NCBI GenBank assembly: GCA_011109175.1
Contig: RDEW01000028.1
Span: 525,000-588,999 of the forward strand
Reading direction: 5' to 3'
Length of the DNA stretch: 64,000 bases
Source: Dicyema japonicum
Lineage: Eukaryota > Animalia > Dicyemida
Made by a program: the position numbers and the translations under genes. Below are positions 36,705-48,700 of the stretch, in pieces. The notes under the pieces were generated by a model. It saw nothing but the letters and a program-made list of their open reading frames with translations, did no database searches and was not told the DNA's origin. Each line of letters opens with the position of its first letter. Within the stretch, counting starts at the first letter, position 1.

Positions 36705-36990
36705 GTTTATGGTTAGTGCAACGAGTGCCGGCAAAAGGCCAGATGGCCCTTGATTCGAATCTTGCTGTGGTACATTCCGCTGAAAATTCCACGCATCTAA
36801 GATGCTTTGGCTTGATGAGTGACGTCGTCATCAGCGGACATTTCACTGCGGAACCGGATCGTCTATAAAGGACTCGCAACGAAAGGAAAAAAGAGATGAA
36901 GAGCATTCCTTGGTTCTCCCACGATTAGTTATCATAACTGTTCTTTACTTAAATAAAGTGTGTGTCCCGCCTGAGTGGAGCTATCAGTAA
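36705..36990 (+). mobile_element. tRNA-derived SINE family B
   Basis: A-box-like tggttagtg, B-box-like tgattcgaatct, complete core and tail. Confidence 0.65.
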
Positions 36991-37089
36991 TGTTTCTTCG
37001 TAAAATGTGGTATTACTATTATAGTTAATAATTAAATGTATCAAGTTCCCAAGGCCGCAGAAGTAGAGACCTCCAAACATATCCATTCG

Positions 37090-37720
37090 GAACCAACGTA
37101 AAGGGAATTAAACATCCAGTCTTTGAGGTTTTAGGAACCCCTCTAATAGAATGGGAGAGAGTGAATGATTATTTTTCACGCAACTATGGCAGTAACCTGA
37201 GACATAGGGATTACACTATGCCACTTTATTTGCGTGATGGAATATAAGGAATAGAGGAAAAGATGTTTTCAAAAATCAAGAAAAGAAAATCGCTCTACAA
37301 ATACTTAGATAAGTTAGAAGTTTATATCGGCTTTTCAGGAGACTAAAGTGACTGACGGATTTGAAGAGCAGAATATCCTCTGCGTAGTAAGTCGGATCAC
37401 TACGGTCTGAAATATCTCGATCAATACTGTCCTAAGAAAAGAACATGCACACACCCTCTTACTATTTCTCACTGGGGACCTGAACGCTAAAGTAGATACT
37501 CAGAACAGCATTGAAGAAACTTGTCAGAAATATACTTAAAAACTTCGGTTGTGTGAATAACAATTTCTCTGCAAAATTGCCTTCATACATCCAGCCAGAC
37601 ACAAAACCACGTGTTTATAGTACTTGATGAAATCCAACGGTATAGCCACCGAAATCCGCAACCAAATCGACTCCATCAAATGCCTATTTAGAGACTAAAC
37701 CATTATCAGTCGTGTAGTTA
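37090..37720 (+). mobile_element. RTE-clade APE fragment
   Basis: TGDLNAKV, HPARHKTT, RNQIDSI. Confidence 0.6.
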
Positions 37721-37764
37721 ATTCAAAAAAGGTGAATTAGACGAAATTCTGATTTTTCATAAAC

Positions 37765-37932
37765 TCAGTCAGATCGGTTCATTGATCCAAAGGGTCACCA
37801 AGGATCTACGTGAAACTGGATGGCTTCGAGTGCTTATCTCGGTAGTTATCGTCAGAGGAAGCAGCCTGGCCATTTAGGCTCCCTAGATTAAAATTAATTT
37901 TGTTGTGCTTAATTGATTTTCTTTGTTAAAAA
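37765..37932 (+). mobile_element. CRE-clade 3' end
   Basis: IGSLIQRVTKDLRETGWLRVLISVVIVRGS followed by the 3' UTR and A tail. Confidence 0.75.
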
Positions 37933-38210
37933 AGATTAAAGTTTATTTTGTTGTGCTTAATTGATTTTTTATTAAAAAAGATTAAAGTTAATTTTGTTGT
38001 GCTTAATTGATTTTCTTTATTAAAAAAGATTAAAGTTAATTTTGTTTGCATAATTGATTTTCTTCATTAAAAAGATTAAAGTTAATTTTGTTGTGCTTAA
38101 TTGATTTTCTTCGTTAAAAAGATTAAAGTTAATTTTGTTGTGCTAATTGATTTTCTTCGTAAAAAAGATTAAAGTTAATTTTGTTGTGCTTAATTGATTT
38201 TTTTTATTAT
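37885..38210 (+). repeat. Tandem array of 7 units (46-48 bp) of the CRE 3' UTR plus poly(A); a partial unit resumes at 38674-38697
   Basis: Unit gattaaagttaattttgttgtgcttaattgattttct(t/c)(t/g)ttaaaaa(a); no spacers. Confidence 0.9.
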
Positions 38211-38211
38211 A

Positions 38212-38673
38212 GATTTTTTTTGAATAAAAATGAAAAAAGAATAAAAATTAAATTAAGGCATCTGAATGGCCATGCTATTTCCCCTAACAATAGCCAACGA
38301 GATACGTTCTCGGAACCAACCAGTCTTTCGCGGATCCTTGGTCACAGCTTGAATTATAGAGCCGATCTTACGAACCAACTGAATTATAGAGCCGATCGGG
38401 GAATAAGTATCAACACACGTCGCGTCCCAGATCAGGTTTCGTCCGTTGGCGAATGGAAAAGTCGTCATCCATCAGGGCGTTTTCCATCGTTTCGGGAAAG
38501 ACCAGCAGGTTCTAATAGGGCAATGGTGTCCAGCAGAGGCAAGGGAATTCTTTAATGTCATGTTAAGACAGGAGTGCCTGGGGAAACGACCCGCACTCAT
38601 CTTGCATGACAAGGGATGATGATAACCAAAAGGATCGATCCAACGTCCACAGCGGCATTTTCTTTCGGCACAC
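38212..38673 (-). mobile_element. CRE-clade 3' fragment inserted antisense into the tandem array
   Basis: CRCG..HPLSCKMSAGRFPRH, DGKRPDG, LIWDATCVDT, RERISLAIVRGN; flanked on both sides by aattgatttt(t/c)tttatta-like sequence. Confidence 0.8.
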
Positions 38674-39034
38674 AATTGATTTTCTTTATTAAAAAAGTTG
38701 ATACATCAAATTAAAATTCATTAATCCTCTCGTTTAATTAGTTGGGCGCCATCACGAATTTCCGTTGTCGTTCGAGTAGGGGGTGCTTGAAGAGTCATAA
38801 ACTCATAGTTAGAGCAAATGATTCTGTTGGCGGCTTACTGGATTTTGGTAAATTTATTCATCAAAGAACAAGAAATGGCAATTGACCACGTTGCACTTGC
38901 ATAGGTCAATAATGGCCGGACAAATTCAATAATAGATAGTGGAGAGGGATTTAAGAGCCATCCAGGATAGACATAAAATACTCCACGTTCAATTTTTTAT
39001 TAAAATTAAGTTATAATTGTAATTGAGGGATAAT

Positions 39035-40410
39035 GCACGCGTCATGTGGTTCGCCGTTTCTGGTGGCGCAACTTGTGGATTCTACTTCTCTATGAGACCG
39101 CCTCATGCGAAGACTTAGAGAACAAGACTTTTAAAACAATATTATAAAATTTTACTACTCAGTGAGCTTCATCCCACACCAGAGAATTGAGGGTCCTCCC
39201 ACATCTTCAACAAAACCAAGACGCGAGGCAACCTCGAACAACCTCACCAGCTTCATACAGACCAATATCCCTCCTCTGTGCCACCTCCAAAATCCTGGAA
39301 AAACTCATTCTCGATCAGATTAAACCTTACCCCCAGACATATCCTTCCAACATGATTTTAAAAAGGGTCGCTCCACAACTACCCACCTTACTTGCTTGAC
39401 GAAATTCATCAAGGAAGGCTTACAACGCAAACCTCGGCATCAAAAGACCATTATGTGTTTCATTGACATACAGAAGACTTTTGACTAGATACCGAGGAAA
39501 CTGATCACCGGGAAGATTTATGGTTCTAACATTCCAAACAACTTGAAAATTTGGCTTGCAAAAATTTTCTCAACGGACGAGGAGAAAGAGTAATTTCACA
39601 TTCCATATCTTCTATCACTAAATTTCTGCCGAATGGGGTCCCGCAAGTATCCCCTCTCTCACCCATTCTCTTCAACTTCTTTATGAGCGACATGCCTTCC
39701 CACAGCAGCGACAATAACCTGTTCCTTGCTTATGCTGATGACTTAATCCTGGCAACAAGAGACCAGTGTATCCACACAGCGGGTACCCGTTTACAAGAAT
39801 TACTGGACAACCGAATTCTACACAAGTCCTGAAAATTCGTGCTCCATGATCTTTACTTCCAATAGAAGATTGACTAACTCGGCACCTTCATTAACTCTAA
39901 ATGGGATAACAATCCCCTCCAGAAATTCAACCAAAATACTGGGGGTCACTTATGACCAACTAAGGACCTTTAGCAAACATGTGAGCAACATAATCTCCTC
40001 TTCACACGAAAACTAAACTTTGCAAAAACGTTACTTGGAACTACAAGAGATGTTTCCATCCAAAAGTAAATCATCTCTACTCCCAATATATACTACCATC
40101 AATCGGCTACTGCTTCTTGGCATTAGGGTACTAACCTATCCCACACCAACCTAAAGAAATTAAACTCCTTCCAAGAGACAGTAACGAAGATCCTACTCCT
40201 CGACATTAAAACCAACCCCGTTCGAGGAACTCGTGACGAGAACGGGAGCTCAGCCAAAATTTTCTAAACTTTCGAAAAGTGATTCGTCCATACAGGAATG
40301 TGTCGGCACTCAGGAGGAACACCGAGAAAGGATGAGGCGGGAGCTTGAGGAGGCCAGGATCACCTGATGGTCCCCACTCTCTTTTATTTTGTCGGCTATT
40401 CTTGGTTTTA
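39035..40410 (+). mobile_element. Ingi/Vingi-like LINE with internal deletion (5' motif, RT, 3' end)
   Basis: gcgtcatgtggttc 5' motif; YRPISLLCATSKILEK, GVPQVSPLSPILFNFF, AYADDL, ILGVTYD; 3' tail at 40315-40410. Confidence 0.78.
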
Positions 40411-40413
40411 AAT

Positions 40414-43017
40414 CAGGGGTTCCCAAACTTATTCAGGTCATCGCCCCTTAACAAATTAAAAAAATATCGCCAACCAGGAAAACCTATATGGTAACGAGTT
40501 GAAAATATTAATGTGAACAATGATGCTGCAAAAAATTAGACACAATTTTCTCAATGTTTAGGTTCATGTTTGTTAGCCTAATCCGTAGATCTCCTCTTTC
40601 AACAATGTCAAGCGGTTTCTCCTTTCGGTAATTAGCTGTGATACAATACTGAAGCCTCTCTCAACCAAATAAGAAGTGGGGAAAGCAATAAAGAACAATT
40701 TTGATTTTTTCCATAACATAGAATATTTTTTCAGAGATATCTTTTTTTAACCAAAAATCTCGATACGATGGGTATTTAATCGTTTTTAACATAATTAGTT
40801 CCTCTTGACAACAAGATTCAACGAAAGGGGTCTATCACCCAATCTGGAACTTTGAGTTCACATAAATCTTTGAAACGTCCCTTCATATCTTGTTCAAGAG
40901 TAATCAAATGTTTAATATAAATATCAAAATCATCTTTAGAAAGGAAGTCTTTAAGACCTTTGAAACGTGAAATTGGATTAACTCTTTCCTGCCAATATTC
41001 CTACAAAATAAAGGTAGTTTTGAAATAAAAACAGAAATAAGTGACTTTGCCTAAATTAATTAAAAAAAATAATTCCTTGATTAAATTAAAATCAGCAAAT
41101 TGTAATTTCACATTAAGTTCATTAAATTTAGCAAAAATATCCGCTAAGTAAACCACATCATGTTTAACGGATTCTAGTTCCGGACAATTTGAGAGTTTAA
41201 AAATTTGAAAAATTTTACAACAGTGCTGAAAAGAGAGAAAATCCGTGCCAACAGTCGCCCTTTGATAACCACCGTATTTCACAGTGTGTATTAATATATT
41301 ATTAAGGCACTATCACGAAAGCCATAATGATTATAGCCCCGCATGTGCATCAATCAAAGAAACAATATTTATAGTTAGTCTTTTCCATCTTCCTCTGTCG
41401 AATGCGAGTGATCTCAATTCGTCCAGGTCGTCCCCCGTCTTTAGATTTTTTCTCACACGATTTAAGTCTTTGTTTAAGGCAGTCGGAAGTGTCGATCTAG
41501 GTCGTCCGCGGAAGGGTTTTTCGCAACTGTCAAAGTAATCTTCCATCGCTTTGTTAGCGGGTGCGTCATTTCTCAAGCTCCGCAAGTGCATTTTCTAGCA
41601 GGTGTTGGAGTGCGGTCTCGTCCCGTGATACAAAATCCACATCATCCGCATAAGATGTCTCTTCTATGTCTCCTATATAGCATTTACGGAAATCGCGGAG
41701 TGCAGATTCAAGGTATATAGTGAATAGTAAAGGGAAGAGGGAATCACTCTGGGGTGTCCCAATCGTTGTTTTGAAACTGCGGGAAGTTGCTCCTTCTGTC
41801 CTCACAGATAGTCTTGTATTCGCAAGTAGTAGTCTGATTATCCTAACTGACGATTCATCCAATATTTGCTCAAGCACATTCATCAGTTTCTGTCTGTTTA
41901 TTGAGTCGAAAGCTCTGGAGAGATCTATTCCCAACACGGTCGTTGCGCTCTTGAATCTTTGGTGCGTTGCGCAGCGCCATCTGTGGCTTCATACAATGTC
42001 TGCCGTAGACCTCCATTATCGAAACCCACTTTGACTTGGTGGTAGGTATAGATCCGCCACACCCTTTATCCGGCTTATTGCAATGTTTGCCAGCACCTTG
42101 CGTATCGAATTCAGAAGTATTATCGGGCGGATATTTTCTACTGGTCCTTTTGATTTGTTCGGTTTTTGTGTGGGTATTAATAATCCATTTCCAAGTTCTA
42201 GATCGGTATTAGTTTCAAAAACGTCATTTAGGGTTTTTGCAATTGTGTCGCCAAGTTTTTTGGCCCATATTTTATGAGCTCAGGGCTTATGTTGTCCGGC
42301 CCGGCACTTTTGTTGTTCTTCAGTTTATTTATCGCTAATTCCACCTCTTCCACTGTGATTGGGATTTCTAGCGCCTTTGCTTCTCCCTGGAAAGGGGGAA
42401 AGTCCTTATTTTCTTTATTCAACAGTGTTTCGAAGTGTCAGTATGTATTAATAGTCGTATAAAATCTTCATCATTTTCAATACAAAGACGTGAATTTAAA
42501 GAGTTGGATTTAATTTTGTTAATAGCAGAAATAACTGTATTGAGAGAGTCATGCAGAAGACCATTTGTATTTTCAGCCACCAGATGCTGTCGATGGATCA
42601 CGAAATGAATATTCATTACATTTGGTACGTGTTGTTTTAAGTATGCCATAAAACCGCGATAGCGACCAATCATTGAAGGTGCCCCATAAGTTGCACATGC
42701 AACTATATTTGTTAATGGTATATCTGTAAGACAGAGAAATTTATGGACTTTGTCGAACATTGATTTCCCCTTTGTATCAGTTTCAAGCTTTCGAGCAAAA
42801 AGTAATTTTTGAATAATAAAAATACACCACAGATCACGCTAGTGTCAATTTAAAATTACAAGTTCACCATACTGAAATTCTATTATATTAATTAAATGTA
42901 TGATATAGATTTTACGAATAATTTATTATCGCCCCTTGAAATTAAAAACGCCCCGATAAACGATTTACTCATAAACGCCCCCTTTGAATTTCTTATCGCC
43001 CACTTTGAGAAACCCTG
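40414..43017 (-). mobile_element. hAT (Buster/Charlie) DNA transposon, defective, with both TIRs and an exact 8-bp TSD
   Basis: TIRs CAGGGGTTCCCAAACT (40414) and CAGGGTTTCTCAAAGT (reverse complement ending 43017); TSD TTTTAAAT at 40406-40413 and 43018-43025; transposase motifs CATYGAPSMIG, IHFVIHRQHLVA, HT(E)..RWLSKG, YLADIFAKFNELNVKLQ. Confidence 0.92.
41297..42438 (-). mobile_element. RTE-clade LINE, 5'-truncated, nested in the hAT transposase
   Basis: GPDNISPELIKYG, IDLSRAFDSI, YADDVD, RGRPRSTL; 15-bp TSD cagt(g/a)tgtattaata at 41282-41296 and 42439-42453. Confidence 0.88.
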
Positions 43018-43329
43018 TTTTAAATAAATAAGTTTATTATGCAAGCCACCCCATTGGAGAAACTGGCATGGAAGGGAAAGGCGAGTTGATATTGAAAGCA
43101 ACAACATAACACTACGCTAAGTTTCATTTCGAGGAAACACTTCTAGGAGATGATGGGATCGTTGATGGGCCACTCAAAGAGAGTGTGAAAATTACTAAAA
43201 GCTAGGATTCAATTTGTTAACCTTGGAACTTCAAGAAAGAGGACAAAAATTATCGTCTAAATTAAGTGATCCTAGTGTCCATACAAGCCTATCACTTGTG
43301 GATAGTTTCGTAGTCCTGGATTAATCTCC

Positions 43330-46150
43330 AAAAAGAGGAAGGTTTCTTCTCGGCCCAAGGGAAAAGCTAGGATTAAATTAATTCCAAAGACCACTGTTAA
43401 ACCGAAAAAACTAAACTATGTGACCCCGACGAATTGGATCAAGGCTCTCATCTTTGCTCGGTGTTGATCCTTGAGCTACACAAGTTCGTTGCAGACGAGC
43501 ACTCACTTTTTGGCATTGGTGTCCATTTTTGTTTTTTTTCAATTAGTGTCTCCATGGGCGTCGGTGATTTGATGTTTTCCCCTGTGTACCATCTCTCAGT
43601 TAGTTTGAAGGCTTTTTTATGGGTTGCGGAGATATTCTGGATGCTCAGATGAGGCCAGTGGTCCCCATAAAGTACACGCATATGAAATGCATGGTTCGAT
43701 GTACTGTGAGTAGAGCGTTTTAAGTATAGGGTGATGTCCAATTTTCCATAGACCTGTTAGGCATTTCAGAAGGTTGATTTTCTTCTCACATTTGTTCAGC
43801 ACGTTAGTGACGTGTCTCGTAAAGTTCATGTGTGTATCGAAAGTCAGACCCAATATTTTTTGCCATTTGCTGAACGGCAATGGGCTCTTCCCTCCGCAGT
43901 AACTTCTATTGTCATGTTCGACAATCTTTTGTCCGAGGTATAGAGATATAGGTATTGATTGACATCCGATTTTCATTAAACCACTCGAGTAGTCGATCCA
44001 TGTGGTGTTGTATTCTTTCCGTCGCTGTTTGGGTGTTCTGATCCCGTGAAGGCTAAGAAATATCGTCTGCATAAGCAGAAGCAGGTCGTCTTCTCCATTC
44101 GGCGTCGGAATGTCAGCTGTAAATAGGTTGAATAGTAATGGTGATAGCGGCGAACCCTGGGGTACTCCATTTAGAAAAACGGGAGACAGAATGAATGTTT
44201 CAATGCACACTCTACCTCTCCGTCCGCTAAGGAAGTTTGTCGACCAGCGTTTGAGGTTTTCAGGGATATCTGATTAGTAGATTTTCCATGTTAGTCTTCC
44301 TCGGGACAGAGTCGAAGGCTTTGTGGACGTAGTGAGCATAACATAGTTTTCTGGTGTCTTGGCTTGTACAGAAATCCAGATCAAATAAGATTAGTCAGGA
44401 TGTGAGGAAACTTGTTGTGGACCGATCCTTTTTGAAACCATGCAGGAGCGGTTTATCGGGAGTCCATTCAGTGATTTTTGCGAGGATAACTTTTCCAAAT
44501 TTTTGACATGGAGCATAAGAGAGAAATAGACATGAAGGAAGCTGGGTCTTCTTTCAGTTTTCCTGACTTCAATACTGGGAATGTTTGCAAGTTTCCATAT
44601 CATTGGGATTGAGTTATAATTAATCGACCAGTTGTAGATTTTGGTCAGGGTACCGATTCCCTCATTGCCTAGATTTTTCGGAGGATTATGGGAATTCCGT
44701 CTGGACCATCAGAATGTGTTACTTTTGTTTGGCTTAGGGATGCCATTACCTTTTTCCGTGAAATAAGTTAATTGATCCCTTTTCGGTTTTCTTAGCAGCG
44801 GTTTGGGTGGGTCAGTCTTCATGTGGTTTTTGTGAGAGATTTTCGCGTAGTATTTTATTAGGGCGTTTAGGTCTTTTGGCTGAATTCGTCATTTCCGTAT
44901 GTCCTCTCATCCACCTTCGAGATATTTCGAATAGTCTTCCAGACTTCGGATGTTGACCGGTTACGATTTAATGACGTAAGGACCATCTTCCATTTAGCTC
45001 TCTGTATTTTGAATTCATTGGCTTTTATTTCCTCGTTCAGCACTTTTAGACGGATCCTTGCTTCGGAGGAACAGATCCCTGCTTTTTTGAGACGGTTTCG
45101 TTCTTGACCAGAGCCTTCCTTCCGTACTCTTCGTGTAAACAACATATCTTTTAGGGAAAGCCATTGTTCTTGCTTCCAGTTGACTTTGTTGACGTAGGCA
45201 ACAACTATATCAAGGGAGGTAAAGTTTTCCAGATGTATATTAGCCAAATGTTAGTCCGTAAGTGATCTGAATAATTCCCAATTTGCAAGATTGTATAAAT
45301 GCAGATTTCTTCTTTCCACTTGTAATTTCGCTTTTGATTTTTAACAGAATAGGGTTATGATCAGTTCGGGTGTCGTAGATGACGGACCAATTCATCGTTG
45401 TTGAAAACTGTGGTGAGCAGAGTGTGATATCTGGGAAGGTTGGATTGTCAGAGTTCCTTTGAGGTGTTCTTGTGTTTGATGGGTCATTGTCAGTGCGTCA
45501 ACAGCAAATTTCCTCTTGTATCTGCGACTGATTTAACAGCCAGAGAGGGTGTTTGGCATTCAAATCGCCGCATATCACAACTTCGTTCCAAATCTCCAGT
45601 GCTAATAAGTCCGGCATAGTGTAATGTTTCGGACATGAGCCCAGAGACGGAATATACATGTTTACAAAATATAGTCTTCCTTTTGTTGTGCCAACAAATA
45701 TTCCGATTGTCTCCGTGGTTTCATCACTTCCCAAAAGTTTCTTCGCTTCGAGTGTATGGTCCTCATAGTTTAGGCCTTTTCTGATTAATGTAAATAGTCC
45801 TCCTCCACGTTTCTTAATGCGATCGGCACCGGGAAAGAGGTGCCTAGTATCTTTTGATGATAGCTTCGATTCTTGGATGAGCAAGATGTCAGCTTTAAGT
45901 TTAACAATCAGAGTACTAAGTTCAATGATTCTGCCTTTTATTCCGTTTACATTCAATTGTATAACGGAGATCCGGTCCTTTAACTTGTGTAGGTTGCGAA
46001 TCCGAGAAACTGTAGCCAGACCAGTAATCCGTCGACCGGGGGCGACATGTACCCCCGGTGGAAAAGAGCTAATGGCTCTTTTTGGAAATGCTTTAGGAGC
46101 ATTTTGAGTGCCTCCAGAATTGTTGCATCCGGTGAGCCACATGACGCCAC
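43330..46150 (-). mobile_element. Near full-length (~2.8 kb) single-ORF APE-RT LINE, Ingi/Vingi-like, decayed
   Basis: 5' motif A (46072-46148), IQLNVNG..IQESK..GDLNAKH, GVPQGSPLSPLLFNLF, ILGLTFD..YIEPCISYAC; no ORF1 and no RNase H seen. The clade call is inferred from architecture. Confidence 0.8.
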
Positions 46151-46899
46151 GCTAAATTCTATTAATTAGTTGGCTTTGAAACATTTTTTCTTGGAGATTT
46201 TTGATTTTTAAATTACTTTATTTAAAAAAATAAAGTTTGTTAATTACAATTTAATTTAATGTCTGAATTTAGTGTTGTGGATGATGAGATTGCTGATAAA
46301 ATTTTAAAGCAACAAAACGACATGTAAATATTGTAAAAATAATTAGACTGGATAAGATCGAGATATCAATCACAAAGGGGAATGTAATCCACCAGTTGTC
46401 TGCAAATACGTTTAAAAAATATTCAACCGAAATTTCAGAGGTAACTTCCCTCGTAGCCTCTATGCGAAGGGACATCGATTATATTTTCGGCAAATTTAAG
46501 TATTTTATTTTAATATTCAAAGGAAAATAAATGCTGCTATGAAATAAACATTTTATCGATTTATTATATACAAATAAGAATATTAATACCCAATTACTGT
46601 GAAATGTTGTTTTTGTATTTTTATTTAATTAATAACTTCGTTTACTTTTTTGATATTTTAAAATCAGTACGATTTTGTTAGTTTTAACCAAAGACTGGCT
46701 TACTTGATCAGTTAAAGGCTGGAAGATTGAGATGGTGCCGTAGTTATATTGTACGAAATGGCTCTGTGCTTCATGATAGATAAGTCGAGGTGGTAGATTC
46801 GGGAGACATCGGAAGTAGACAATGAAAGGAAATATTTGATTCACAAATTATCTGGGGGATTATCTGTAAGAAGCTACATATAGGATTCTATGCGTTCAT

Positions 46900-47420
46900 T
46901 TGTGAGAATAATGGCATCTCTAAAGTAAGTCCGATTGAAAAGAGAAGAAATCTTGAGTGAAGGCTGCTATACATCAATTTGGGTAAATGGGTACCAACTA
47001 AATACGGAAGTTTAAGAAGTTTTTCGTTCTTGAGATGCATAGGTTTCCCGACCAACATTAAAACTTATTGTTTGCAAAATTTCAAATAGGCATTCTAATA
47101 AAAACTTGCGATAGTGCAACTTGTCTACTTTTGGCCTGAGACGAAATAAAACAGAAATACGAAATTGTTAGAAAATGTGTTGGAAGTTGAAATTTATGAC
47201 ACTAGAAAACAACATAACGAAAACAGCCCAATTAATCAGGATATAATTGGAAAATGAAAATTTCGTGAGCTTTTATGATAACATCAAGATATTTAGATTA
47301 TGAAGTCATTAAAGATACGGAACGTGCTTTCAAAATGCACCTTAATGTAGTCAAACAAGAAACTCCTGAAATGTCCTTTAAAAAGTTTTAAAGCAGATAT
47401 TGTGCATTCACTACGAAATA
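46900..47420 (+). mobile_element. Possible heavily decayed piggyBac-like transposase remnant
   Basis: Only short motifs such as FGLRRNKTEI; no TIR or TTAA pair identified. Confidence 0.25.
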
Positions 47421-48700
47421 ATAATAACTCCAAAGACCACAGTTACACAAACGAACTAATCATGTGATCCCAGCATGCTCTAGCAGGACCTTGGCCCGAT
47501 GCTCCTCCCTCGACCCCAAACAAGCACGTATCGGTCGAGTGACTGGACCTTTGCAGTCACGACGGCGCGTTCCATAGTTCATTCGTATCAAGATTTCAAG
47601 AGGCATTGGTGGCTGGAACTCTCCAAGAATCCAGCGTTCCGTGATTTTGGAGGCTCTTTTCCGGCTATCCTCGATCTTCAAGACAATCGTCTAAGAGATG
47701 AATGGGCCCCTTATACCACATACATAAGAGATATATGGTTCAATGAATCGTTTATATACAGAGCTCAAAACAGAATGCTTTTCGATCTTCCATAAGCCTG
47801 TGAGGCATTTCAGAACATTAGTTTTTTTTTTGCATTTTGTAATTACGTTTTCAACATGAGGCGAGAATGACATATGCATCTCAAAAGTCACCCAAGGATC
47901 CTTTGGGATTTTCTGAAAAGAATAGCTTCATTGTTTGCCTTCAGTTCGACCGTCCGTCTTCCTAGTCTCTTTCTGGATGTCCTGATCACGTGACGTAATG
48001 ACGATGTCGTCGCATAAGTTAGAATAATGTCATTTTCGGAGTCTGGAGTGGGGAGGTCCGTCATGAATAGGTTGAATAAAACTGGAGACAAAGGGGATCC
48101 TTGGGGAACCCCAATAGGGAGAAACCGTGAAATAAACCTTGACTGGCCAATGCAGACGCGTCCCCTCCGACCACTAAGGTAGTTAGCTAGCCAGAGTTTG
48201 AGCTTTCCAAAGATCTTTGTTTGGTAAATTTTCCAAGTAAAAATCCTCCTTGACACAGAGTCAAAAGCTTTGTGGACGTCTATGGAGCAAAGTACAGTCT
48301 TCATGTGTCCCGGCCTGTGCGAGAAACCATATCGTATAAAGTTAGTCAATGCAGATAAGTGGGTAGAAGTAGACCTCTCCTTTTTAAAATCATGTTGAAA
48401 TTACATAGTCCGGGAGGAAATTTTTGATTTTCGCAAAAACTAGCCTTTCCAGAATTTTCGACACCGAACACAATAACGCGACCGGTCTGCATGAAGCTGG
48501 GTCCTTCTTCAATTTTCCGGGTTTCAAAATTGGACGTAGGTGGGCGAGTTTCCAAAAGGCTGGAATAGAATTTTTGTTAATAGTGTGGTTGAATATACTC
48601 GTTTATGCAGCGATTCTATAGTCTCTCAGATTCTTTAGGAGGATCATTGGGATTTTATCCGGTCAGTTAGAATAGGTTGTTTTAATGGCTTTTAATGCAT
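47420..48700 (-). mobile_element. Ingi/Vingi-like LINE, 3' half with terminus
   Basis: ORF 47888-48349 (RT), 47691-47891 (thumb); tail ctgggatcacatgattagttcgtttg. Confidence 0.82.

Noticed and set aside
36805-36860. Hammerhead ribozyme in the SINE B core (CUGAUGA and GAAA on the minus strand)
   Set aside because: Only ~6 nt separate GAAA from CUGAUGA, too few for stems III and I, and the core bases are not kept in other copies.
37885-38210. CRISPR-like array
   Set aside because: Units are contiguous with no unique spacers, the unit is the CRE 3' UTR plus poly(A), and the context is eukaryotic with no cas genes.
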